NCBI GenBank assembly: GCA_965644265.1
Contig: OZ286461.1
Location: 76,012,001-76,076,000 of the forward strand
Length of the DNA: 64,000 bases
DNA from: Glycera tridactyla
Lineage: Eukaryota
Direction of reading: 5' to 3'
Shown here one piece after another: positions 1 to 13,100 of this stretch. The translations under genes and the position numbers were made by a program. Numbering within the stretch: the first letter of the stretch is position 1; the number at the start of each line of letters is the position of its first letter. A model generated the notes under the pieces. That model worked only from the letters and a program-made list of their open reading frames with translations, had not been told where the DNA came from and ran no database searches.

Positions 1-52
1 AAACTGCCAACGCTCTTGTCCTCTGCCCCACGGCAGATCCACAAAAATGCAC

Positions 53-71
53 CCCCACACACACACGCACG

Positions 72-148
<77 letters not shown>
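53..148. repeat. (CA)n microsatellite
   Basis: Direct read; other (CA)n tracts at 42771-42813 and 62724-62763. Confidence 0.95.
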
Positions 149-935
149 CATATTTTATGCAATGGGAGACATTCAAGATTGAATCTTGAATTTTGCCTTA
201 TCACATAAGGGGGATGTTGACCAAGGCCCATGTTTCAGGCTCAAACAGGTGCAATGATTGTTGGGGGTGGTAATTTTGTTCATTTGCCTCCATGACCATC
301 ATTCCACCTATGATTTTTTCAAGAGTTCCTGAAATCAATGAGAATGGCCGATGAAAAGTCCGCAAGACCAACTTGGGGGTGGGCACAGTTGAAGTGGGAA
401 TATAATGTGAAAAAAGTTAGCACAAATGGTTTACTGGCTTCTTCAAACAGTCGATCACAGTCAAAGACGACCCAGAAGCAGCAGACCATGGTCTCTAATC
501 ATGTGTGTTATGGTATTATTTTTCAATGTAAATACCATATTCTCCATAATTAGCACCCCGTCCCCATTAGCACAAAAATGATCACCAGATGTGTAAGTGG
601 AGCTGATATTTGTGTTTGGTACTATTTTTCGACGTTGATGTATTAGCAAGTGCCCCCAGACACTAATTAAGGCCATGCATGCACTGGCAACCAGATCTGG
701 TTTGGTGGCAATTCATGATTGAACACATGATCCCCATCATTATCATCAGTGAAAGTTTGGGCTGAAATGGTGTTCCTGACTGAAAGCAATACTAATATTG
801 GGTCAACTTAATTGAGAATAACTTCTTTTTTTATTACTATTATTGCAATGGGTGTCTTATACTTATTGAGGAAGATGTGTGGAAAATGCAACTTGTACTC
901 GCTAGTAGGTAACCATTGTTCTGTAATATTTGTAG

Positions 936-1109
936 GTGCAGCAAAAGTACGGACATCATACTAGGCTTATATCATACAGCGCGGACATCATGGGAAACTT
1001 GTACAAGTATTCAACTTGTCACAAATGACGAAGGAGTTGATGAACTAGCCCAGCAATTTTCTGAGATTGTACGAGTAGTCATTGGCATACGGACTCATCA
1101 CTTCTCACA
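936..1109 (+). CDS. STAT: STAT-like exon (end of coiled-coil domain)
   Basis: tgtag|G TGC..TCA CA|gtaag; CSKSTDIILGLYHTARTSWETCTSIQLVTNDEGVDELAQQFSEIVRVVIGIRTHHFS; phase 2/2. Confidence 0.75.
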
Positions 1110-4100
1110 GTAAGATGTATGGTTGAACCCGTCTACAAACACCGCCCCAAGATTTGATTTGTTAAAATGTTTCACTGAAATAATTTTTATCTTACCTCAA
1201 CAAAGTTTTTTTTTTGGGGGGGGGGGGGGGGGTACTGTGGTTGTCCTGGCATCTGCATGTCTCCTATTGTCTTGGGGCAACCATCCTTAATTTCAAGGTG
1301 ATTGGATGCATAAACAGGGTGTCCACCCATCAGGGGAAAGTCAGGGGTATTCCAGACAGGACAAAAGTCAGGGAAATTCATGTGATTGTCAGGGAAAATT
1401 GGAATTTTGGGAAATGTCGGGGAATTTCATTTCAAATGTCAGGGAATTAGTGGATTTCATCTTCTAATATGAAGAAATGATATCGGTTCTCGACTGAGAG
1501 CCCACCACTCTGGTAGAATTTTCATTAGTGGCAGAAATTGGCAGAAATTGGTCGCAAGTTGACAATTGATCATCGGTTGGGCACATGGAATAAGAATGTG
1601 GATCTTATATATCTCTTACAAGTGACCACCTGTGTCAAAGGATCACTTAGATCTCAATGATCAGTGCTCAAGTTTTCTCAGATTAACATACCATCCTTTT
1701 ATTCTTCAAGCATATTGAACAAAATTGAAACAATTACCTGTGCGCTCTGTAGAGTAGCAGTCAGTTCACAACTAAAAGCAGCATTGCAAACCATAAATCC
1801 ATCACACAAATATTTTAGAATGAAAGGTTGCCATAATGCGCACAGAATATTTTGACAATCTGTTACTGATCCCATATTTTACAAATTTTCACCAAATTTG
1901 TGATCACTGTGAGTCACCATTGCAGTCTACATTGACTTCTGTGAAACTTTGCCAAGTGTTGGATCTTTCACAAACTGCTCATTGACTGCTAACATGACGC
2001 GAGAAATGAATATATCATGCCATCTAGGCAAAACATGGTTGCTGTACAGATCTATTTATTGTTTAGATTTTTCTTATTACCAAATCTGGCAAGTAAGCAC
2101 ATGGTTTGGCACAGCAACTAATTGACTTTTGACTACATTTGATCATCATTCCACCATTACTTATCATTCTTGTCATAACCTCATCTCAACAAATTTGAGG
2201 AGGGGTATGTTGAAGTCTCTTTACTCAGCAACTAGGGGCCTTGCCACATGAAACTTGGCCTGTGTATGCTTCAATACATTTGTTAACCCCACATGTTTTG
2301 CTTGATGAATTTGAGGTTGAAAATAGACCTTTTTTTTTCAAAGTGATGCTAGCTATATTTAGTGATCCAAGTGAGTCATGTTCAGTTTGGATTCAGTACA
2401 TGATAGGTATCTTTATCCCTCAAGATTGTATTCTACCCATGAGAGACTGATATTTTGGAATAAAATGTTTTTTTTAATGACTTAACTTTGACAGTTCTGG
2501 CAAGCTTTCAATACTGAGTTATACCAGAATTGATGGAAGATGTATTTCATAACATCCCCATCAGACCCATTGAACTTACACTATGTGCTTTAAGAATGTG
2601 AGTCACATTTCATCTTGTCAGGGGAATCATATATTTGTTCAGGTAATTGTCAGGGAATTTGGTCATGGTTCATGGTCACCCTGATAAAGGTCTAACTAGC
2701 TTTTTTGTATGCATTTTTGAAGCCCCTTCAAGTTTCAGGCTTGCCAAACAATGACTGCCAAAGGTAAAAAGCATTCTATTTGACACCTCTGTGACTTGCG
2801 CAGGTTACTGATGCAATAGGCATACATGTATTATGCCCACTTGCAGTGCTCTTGTTCATGAAATTGTTTTTTCTCTTGTAGATGCCTTGTCATAGACAAC
2901 CACCCTGCGCTCATTCACAAGGTAGAGGAGAAGAAGAAAGGGGCATTGTCAAGATCACTCGATGTTGGAATCAGGTGAGTGGGTATAAGAGAAATCCTTC
3001 CTAATTGAAGTTCTGATACATTCTGCTGAAAAAATGATGATGTGAATTTATATTGCACATTTGTTGCCTGGGGCTTGAGGCCCTCTCACAGTATTATGTA
3101 CTGAGAGAAATAGCAACACATGGAATCAATAAGACAGAAATGCAATAGCGAATATGTTTGTATGAACATTTTTCTGGGACTCGTAAAAGGTGCCTCTGAG
3201 CGCAGCGTGAGTAGATATCAGGAAGGGATCCATGAATTCCAGGAGGATGCTTAGAATTATTGTCTGTGTTTGTGTGGGCAGGTTGATTTTGAATTCACCA
3301 GCCTGATGGACAAGTGGAAATAATAAATGCAATAGGCATATAATGCAGGCAAGGTGAATTTTGAAGGGGCAGGTTGCACTATGAGCATGCTAATATTGCT
3401 GGTTCTGCATTAAAAGAAGTAGTGTCCATGCTATACATCAAGTCAGTTCTCAAAGAGAGAGAGAGAGTGGTGTAATGACAGTGTGCCTGGGTTCTGGGTG
3501 GTTACTGGTGCAGTTTATTTCATCTTTCAGTGCTCTTGGTTCGGCAAAACTGTTTAGTGCTTCCGAACTCCCTCTCAAGATTGGAGGCAAGCCTGAACTA
3601 TATGCCATAGACGACTTACGGAAATCCAAAGGGGAGTTCACTTGTAGGATGGAAAGTATGACCTACAAAACGGGCAGGCGAGACTGGTTGAGTGGGTCAG
3701 GTACAATGATCCTGGCTAGATATGACAAAGCTCACAAAGTCCAGGATAAATTGATGACAGACAACAGATATATTGCCAGATTCTCGATCATTGCTCCAAT
3801 CAACGGGAATCAAGTTGAAGTTCAGGTAAATCTTTCCATTTTGGAGTCTGCGCCAACATATAGAAGGATTTTTCATGTATGTGACTGTATTTTCTCATCT
3901 CCCTTTCTTCTCCCCATCCTTCCCTAAATAGCAAACCAAACCTCCATTGCATTCTCTTCTAGGGCTGGGATGAAACACAATAGTCACAAAACAAAACATT
4001 TCTAGAAACACTCCTCATGGATAGATAACGAAACGAAACATTATTCGTCCCTCCTCAAGGAATCTAGCGCTGCAATCCTCCTCTGCGCTAACCACCCTTG

Positions 4101-7100
4101 GCTTTGCATTATGGGCACCTCTACTATCGAATTGACGCGCCCGCCAAAAGTTCATCAAAACACCCTCATTCGAGCTCTCCACCACAACCCAGTGGTTTCT
4201 TTCATGAACCGATGTTTTCTCGCATCATATTAATGGCCGATTGAGTTATATTCGCCGAATAAATGTCGAATAGGGATGCAATGCACAATTTATCAGCGCG
4301 GCTTCTGGCGGGAAACACCCTCATTTGCATAGATTATATCAAATACAAGCTATTTTTAGATCGCACCATGACGGTATCCCGATACCAAATTTCCAACAGC
4401 CCTGGTCTGGCTTACGATTTTTCCCTCTATATCATGTTTGAGCGCTCCGATCTCTCAGGGAATAAGGTATGTTGTCGGAGGAGACGAGATGCACATTGTC
4501 GGACAAAATAAATGTTTGCACCGTGATATTCGTGAGTTTATTGTCAAAATTAATCGCATTTGACTGCCATTTTCACTTGCATCGATCATATTTATTGGCA
4601 TTTGAGCATACTGAGCCATGTTTCATTGTATTTCAAAATCCTCCTTTTGGTTTCGAAACAATCGTTTCGCGTGTAAAATATCGGTATTATCGGAACTTCG
4701 GCGAATCGTCACACCCCTATTCTCTTCACGCTTTCCAAATGATATCCATCTGTGTAATCTTCCTAGAAAATCCCATGTTCACTAATGCAGATTGAATCAG
4801 CTGACTCAGGATACCATCAGGCAGTCATTTTGGGGATTTCTGGATAGGGAAGGGGGCTTTCGGACACTCACAGTGAACAGTCATGAAGTTTTATTCTTGG
4901 TCAGTAATTTTAGGCACTTTGTGTGATAGTCAGTGAATAGAAGGAGAAATCTGATCAGGTTTACCAAACTCGAGCATTGGCAGTCATCTCATGCAACATG
5001 ATCATAAAAATATGGGACCAGAATGAAAATATATTTCACAATACACCTTTGGAATGTACGAATAACTTTCAGAAATCATCTGATCTGTCTTGTGGATTTT
5101 GAACTGTATTTCCAGCATAGCAGGGAAGCGCCCAGCTTGTGTGGGAGCAAGCATTCTTTTGGCATGAGCTACTCAAACTGCCTGAAATAACAATGGCTGA
5201 ATAACCCAGTTAGGAACTCACACCATTCCCTACACAGTCCAGGGGTCGAGGAACTTGTTCTTTAATTGTGAGATAATCGGGAAGATTAACCCTGTTCACC
5301 TATACGATTGATGTGATTAGAAAAGAGTTAATGTCATCTGTTCTGAGATAGACTCTGCCCTCTCTACTTATAGGTCGAAACCCATCCTCTCATATTCGTG
5401 TCACATAATTCACAGAGGTGGCATGCCCTTGGACTTCATCTTTGGTCAGCTTGTATCGAATCAGAGGTAGGTCCAGATTACGCAGTTGTATACAGTTGAG
5501 CCTATATTAAGCAACCATTGTATTGAGCAGCCACCTGCTTTATTTTGCCATTTTATGTTGATTTTCCTCTTGAATAGTGATTGCTAAACTTTCCTTTCTT
5601 GAACAACCTGCTATCCGTTATCTTGAGCAGTCACTCACTCATAGTTGTCAGCTTATACAAGCTTGAATGTGTCTTGGAGCATATGTTCCTGGCCTGAAAC
5701 CAATCGCTGATAAATGAATTTAACCCTTCAAATGCACTAACTCAGAAAAAATGCTGCATGTATTTGTGGAGTCCTGCCAAATTTCTGACCGCCCAATATA
5801 TCATCTCTAGTGTATCTTTGCAGGAAGCGCCATGGTCTAGTATTGCCCATCTCATCAATCTTTACTGTAACCAGAAGACTAAAAAAAATCTGAGCACAGG
5901 CCATCTGGACTTTCTTCGAGGAAGACTTCAGATCACTGGTAAGTTGACCATGATTTACTACAGAAGTAATTCCACAGAGTTACTGTATGTCTAGAGCGGG
6001 CAATACTGCACTTTTGCTGACCTGAATGCCATGTATTAGGATGAGGGCTATCATGGATAGATATTTCTTCATTCAGTTTCTCCATGCATCATACAATGTA
6101 ATACATTTGCTCCATGAGAGCTTCTCCAGTTTGACGAAGTAAGACAAATAAACACAAAAATACATTAGGGCTATTCCATTAAAAAATATTGGGGGGGGGG
6201 AGAGGAAGGGAAAAATGTTGACCCTCACCCCGCCCCCGCTTCTGTCTTGAGCCTCCTACCCCCCACTTTTTCATCTCTCGAGCCTCCCACCACCCACTTT
6301 TTAATCTCTCAAGCCTCCTACCCCCCACTTTATCTCTTGAGCCTTCCACCCCCACTTTTTCATCTCTCTAACTTGAGCATGTTAATATCGCTGGTTCTGC
6401 ATAAATACCAGTGTAGATGTAGTTAGTTACTGAAACAACCACAGCACGAATGATGGCGCTTCTCACGCGAATTCCAGATTGCAGCGGCACTTGTCATCAG
6501 CGATAGTTCAGAAAACTATTGTTTCCCGTTCCAACCTGGCGGTTCGACCTGGAACCAGACTGCAGCGCCATCGCACCGTGACAGTCACTTTTGAAACTAT
6601 CAGATTGTCAACAACCAAAATGGCGGTGGCATGTGCGTTTTTTCGCTCGCCAACGAATAAAATGGTTTTCGCTTTTATATTGATGGTAAATACATGGATA
6701 TACAATAGATTGGCGTGAATCCTTGACTTGTACGGTCGGACCACCATCTGCAGCCTCGTGTACACCCGAACGTGTTTTGAAATCGTCCGGGACTATCGGA
6801 CATCAGATTTTTCGCAGTACCTAGCTCCAAGTAAAGAACGTCAGATTTCACACATTTTACCACCCGCTTTTGTGGTTTTTCCGTAACTTCTGGGTAAAAT
6901 ATTACTTTCTCTTCACTTTCACCCCGCTTTTGCGGAAATTCTCTCTGACCCCCGCTTTTTCACGATTTTCCCTAATGTCGCCCACCCCCGCTTTTGCATT
7001 TATGGTACCCCATCCCACCCCTGCTTTTTTTCAACCCCATCCTGACTGCCCCCATTATATTTTTAAATGGAATAGCCCTTACTTAACGATCAATGATGTA

Positions 7101-10100
7101 TGATAATGTAACATTAGAAGTATTTCTGCCATGCCTCATGGGACTACAAATATGGATAATGAGATTTTGGTATATCAATAGTAAAAGTCCAACATTGACA
7201 ATGAATTACATTTCAATTTATGATATTTGAAGATGTTAGTTAGTGACTGAATGGATGAGCATTACCACAAGTACCCCACACAGTTCCAAAAGTGTCATAT
7301 TATGAATGTGATTGAATTAATCACATTAAATGCAAATGCAAAAGCTTTTCTCGAAATAATTTATTTTCACAATGTTAAAAATTAGTGTTCTAGCCCCTCG
7401 ATATCAAAAGAATGATGGTTATTAACATAATATTACAGTGTTTTTGAAACCTTTGTTTGAAGCAATATTCTGGTGGTAACTTTCAGAAAAATATTCCATA
7501 TTTTCTCCTAATATAGATTTTCTTTTCAATGATCAATATAAATGAACTTTTTTCTCTTATTGCAGACAACAGCACGTTAGTGAAGAAAGATGACTTCCTT
7601 AAGGTAAGAGATCACGTATATGTGAGAATACCATTGCATGGGTTGAGTTTTACAAATTAGTGGTTGGCTTATTTAGTACAATGCCTTTAGCTATCTTTGG
7701 TTGATGTCTTATCTGATAATTATGAGACTGACTGAATACTGTGAATACAGATATGTGTGATTGTCCTAAATGTGACCAAAAAGAGATGGTTTGTTGGGAT
7801 TATATTTGACTGTCGAGTAAATAAAGCAGCTCAGTGGAAGCATCAGAAGTGATCCATTGTTGGGGGGGGGGGGGGGGGTTCACTCTATATGTAGATTCAT
7901 TCTTGCAACAGCAAAGTCACACTATCCAGTAGGCAGGTGTAGTTTTTACAATAAATGTATTCACTGTGGAGTGTGGAATTCCTACGAAAATGAGTATGTC
8001 ATTGCTGCAATGATGCTGGCCAGCGCTCATCATATGGAGAAAATTCTTCATTTCTCTTCAACAAATTTGGCCGCAATTACTCCTATTGCAGTAGAACATA
8101 GCAAACAAATTTGCCCAGTATATACCTACCTATGAGAAAGATATGCCATCTCTCAAATGAAAGGTTATGAAGGAAACCGGACAACCATTATATCACACCC
8201 ATTTGATAGCTGTCTTGGATGTCATAGGAAAAAAGTGAAGGTCATATTCATTTGCTGATAGGTTTATACCACGAATAAAAAATGCAGTGATCATGTAAGG
8301 ACTTGCACACCAGTGTCATAGTTATCAGAGAAGAGCTTTCACAGTGGATGCGTGACTTCTGATTATGATGTGGATCACTATTGATGTAAAAAAACATAGA
8401 CAATGGGAGAGTGAAGAATGTGGTCCCCTCTTTTAATGTTTCTGTACATAGTGACTGATTCCAATGGAATCATTGTTTGAATTTCGCCTCAGTGATGATC
8501 CTGAAAACAGTGGTCACACAAAAAGTGGAAGCGACTGTATGCATCAGAATGAGATCACATGACCAAAATGGCGTTGTCCTTTCAGAAACATCTACCAAGG
8601 ACAAATTTCTCTCTGTGGCGATGGATCTGGTGTTGCTTCAATTCTCTGAGTAAGAATGAGCTTAGTCAAGACTGGAAACAAGAGTAAGTTGCGTATGGTA
8701 TTGTGAGAGGATAGGGCTATCGAAAAATCAGTTGAAATGCAGTGCCGAGGAGGGGGAGGGAAGACGAACAATGTGCACCCATGGATACAGTGATATCACA
8801 GTATTATGTAGAATACTTATTCTGCATTTACTCCAATACAAAGACTGTATGTGAATATATCTACCCATTCTTTCTGTAATCGTAGTGATTCATGTTTAGC
8901 TAGGGGTTGACACTCCATAGAAATCTTCATTTCCTATGAGAGCCTATTTTGTGGCAAGGCATCTGCGTGAACCAAAGTTTCACCGGTGTTCGGGTGAAAA
9001 TTTGGCGTTCACATTTGTCTTGTGAGAGAAGTACAAGTCCTATTGAGAATCCATGGATACCTTCTTATCTGCAATGGAGTTGTGCATAAACATGGCTAGA
9101 TTGACTAATTTATCTTTCGGATTGGCTGCATACTCGATGTCTGGCCTTGATAGGCTTTCTCCATGTATTTCCCCTTTGCGCATGAGCTCCATAACTTCCT
9201 TGCGGTACGTCACTTCCAGTGATCTACATGTATTTATTGCTGGTTGCGAACCTGGAAGAAGGATTCGGTCAATGTTCACTGATTAAACTGATGTTTTGAA
9301 TAAATGGGGATTGTCATCCACGAGTCGTCTGATCCATTGTATAGTGCAAGAATTTCCCTTTCTATTCGTGCAGTGGTCCTGGGCATGGCGATTCCTGTTT
9401 AAATCCCTACTGAATGCTAATCATGTATTCAATTTGGCGTTCACATTTGTCTTGTGAGAGAAGTGCAAGTCCTATTGAGAATCCATGGATACCTTCTTAT
9501 CTGCAATGGAGTTGTGCATAAACATGGCTAGATTGACTAATTTATCTTTCGGATTGGCTGCATACTCGATGTCTGGCCTTGATAGGCTTTCTCCATGTAT
9601 TTCCCCTTTGCGCATGAGCTCCATAACTTCCTTGCGGTACGTCACTTCCAGTGATCTACATGTATTTATTGCTGGTTGCGAACCTGGAAGAAGGATTCGG
9701 TCAATGTTTCACTGATTAAACTGATGTTTTGAATAAATGGGGATTGTCATCCACGAGTCGTCTGATCCATTGTATAGTGCAAGAATTTCCCTTTCTATTC
9801 GTGCAGTGGTCCTGGGCATGGCGATTCTTGTTTAAATCCCTACTGAATGCTAATCATGTATTCAGTCTTCCAAGTTCTCATGAGCCTGGTTGATTTGGGG
9901 GACAAAAATACTTCTTTGAAAATGTGAATAATTATTTTATAGAATTATCTAATGAATGCCAGATGTGTATAGGGTTTTTTAATTGGCATGTTCCTCTTGG
10001 ATATCAGCGCCAGGAAAGTTTGACTGTTTTGTAACACTTCCAATCCAATTTGCAGTGTTATCCATGGATTCATCTCTCATGATGAGGCAGACACGCTTCT

Positions 10101-13100
10101 GCGGAACACACCTCTTGGAACGTTTTTAGTCAGATTCCGAGAAACCAAACTGGATACATCTCAGAGCACTGAGCAAGGCTGCAACCTCTGTGTCTGTATC
10201 TCAACAAGGGATGGTGCTGGTGGTAAGTAGATGATTGATGACGAGGCCACAGCTTTGCTGAATTCTTTTTCTGGCAGGCAATAATACAATTTATTTTAGT
10301 GATTTTGATACTTCACTCATCACTTGTCCACTCGCCAAGACTAATCACAGGCGAGATTGATTGGCTTCTCTCCATGTTTGAAGTTTTGTTTCTCTTTGAT
10401 ATTTTCACCAGTATTCACAATTCGTCATGTCATGTCTGAGCTAAATTATGGGTCGACTTTTGTGCCAGATATCCTTATACACTGGGTTGACTTATATGGC
10501 AGTATATAGAGTATGTTTTGCAAATTGGAATCATTCATATTTTGTACAAGAAACCAGTGGGAAGAGTTCGAACAAATCAAAAATAAGCTTAGCATGGTCT
10601 AGTGACACTGGTGTGTTCTTTTTTAAGGTGCTGTGAAGCCACGACAGGCAACCTTGAATTATCAAGATTTGCAAAGTCGGCCACTCTCACAGTATTTGAA
10701 AAACCTTCAAGTCAATGATGATTTTGGGGAAACCTATTGCTTGACTCATCTGTATCCAGATAGACCCTTGCTGCAACTCTGTGAAGAGCTGGAGAACCAA
10801 GGTGAGTTATTTTTTTGGGTTCTTCATTTGCTTATCTTATGGCCTATTTTTGACAACATTCTTTGTTCTCAACCATGGTGCCAGTAGTGTTACATAGATG
10901 TCATCTGCTACGATTTCAGCGTAGCAGCTACAATTTTCGATGTCTCACTACGCTGCTGCGAATAGACCTCCAAAAGCTACGATTCTCACGAAAAGTGGTG
11001 AAAAAGTATGGAAAATGGTCCTAAAATCAACCCATGCATGCAAAAATCCAGCTTTCTCACAACTTTCGTCAGAAGTTGCCGCGAGAAACCGGGGATGTGA
11101 AGACCAGAAAGGGGCAGCAACATTAATCCAGCGTGTATCAGTGGAAACGATGCTCGATATAAACAGCTGGAATCAATTGCAAAACGAATATTTAATGACC
11201 CCCGACTGTGGCAAGAGACGCTAACGATTGTCCAATCAGGCTAGAACACCCTAAAAGAAAATCCTATCTTTTCAATGTTAAATTGGTCGAATTCCCTCCC
11301 CCAAAACCAGCATTCCAAAAGAAATTTGAGATGTCACCATACTGCCTTGCTATGGTACTGTTTTTCCTCTCTCTCCACTCAAAAAATCAGCATAGCATCA
11401 CCTGCTCGTTTTTGAGATAACTGGATTTGAAGTTAGGGTGTTGGGGATGTCTCTCACATACCCATGGAGGATACCCCTATGGGCCTGGTTACTCACAGGA
11501 GAGAACCTGCCCCATAGGCGTATGAATACATTCTCTCAATACATGTACAACAAATAAACATGTACTTCTATTTAAAATACAGAATGGGTTTCATTCCACA
11601 TAGTCATCAGAGTCATAGGGCTCTAATTGTGATTTCCCATTATAGTTCTTGGTCTACCAAGCACCTATTGGCCAATGGTAGTGCCGCCGTGACCTCTTTT
11701 AGGGTCATCTAGCCGGAAATGACACATTGAGAGTCCGCTTGTTCTGCCGAAAAACGACACTCAGAGATGTCGCAAAGATCAGAGCCATCAACTGAAGGCT
11801 AGGACACCCTTCAATGTTAAATTGGTCAAATTCCCTCCTCCAAAACCAGCATTCCAAAAGAAATTTGAGATATCTCCATACTGCCTCAAGTGCTATGGTA
11901 CTATGTTTCCTCTCTTTTCGCTCAAAAAATCAGAATAGCATCACCTGCTTGTTTTTGAGATAACTGGATTTGAAGTTAGGCTGTTGGGGATTTCGCGCAC
12001 GTGAGAACGAGGCTGATCGTACAGAAAACCTGGTTATTTTGGCCACGTGATCACCGGATCTCCGCAAGAACGCATGTGCTAGAGGTGGTCTCTACTGACT
12101 TCATCCAGGCTAGGTGTACGAGACTAGTCGACCATTGCCGATCAAAAATACGGAAATACCCGATCGTAACTCTATGACAGTGGACATTCACAAAGTTTGC
12201 CGAACATGCCCGATCACATTGGGAGGGAGAAATATCAGCATATTAAATCATTTCAACAGTGATTACATCATAATTGATGAATTATACATATAATCGGTTG
12301 CCCGCGAATGTCGATTTTGTCCTCACGGGCTTCGCTACTATTTTTCGATCTCAGAAGTTGGCGTCTATGGCATTAGGCATCAGACCTAATTCTGTAAATC
12401 AGTTGATCAAGATTTATTATCAAAGATAATTTCACAAATGGCTCGTGAACAATTATGACATAATGGTCACCTGGATCTGTAGGTGTCTCTGAGGGGAGTG
12501 GAGTGTGCTTCTAGTGAGCTTATTCAGCTGGTTTTTTAGAAATTCAAATTAACTTTTCTCACACTTGACATCCATATGTATGTACTATTGACACATGGAT
12601 GAAAACATTTCGTTGAGGCCTGCCCACACATCCCAAAAAAGATCACGGCATCGCAAAAACATTTCCCTGGCCCTTCACCATGAAATCTGCTGTGACCCAC
12701 AACTGCATGCATGTTGTTGATAAGACACTGGTGTGGCTGTTTTTAGATGGGTACAAAGAAGCCTCAGGTTACTATTATAGCATGAGTCGACCACCAATGT
12801 TGAATCTGAGGAAGGCTGGTGCAAGGTAAGTTGATATAACTTCAAACTAACATTTGTTCTGATATACAGATTAAAGTAAGTCTACCTCTGACATTTGAAA
12901 CATAATGAACACCATTGATCAATATGATACAAATATAGGATAATTGCAGAGGAGTGCAATGAAGTATGACTTCGATCAAATGTGACAATCTGTCATTTGC
13001 AAAATAATGCGTTTCGGCCATGTCTTTGCCATCAAAGATTGGTTGCTATCTTGCACACCGATTTGTATGGGGAGGGGGGGGAGGTAGTTCCTGCAGTCCT

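Noticed and set aside
324-553. ORF 338-553 as an upstream STAT exon
   Set aside because: No donor in the phase (2) required to join exon 936, and no STAT-like motif.
4810-4875. Possible STAT exon DTIRQSFWGFLDRGRGLSDTH
   Set aside because: Weak donor, and the linker segment it would supply is already encoded by exon 5824-5938.
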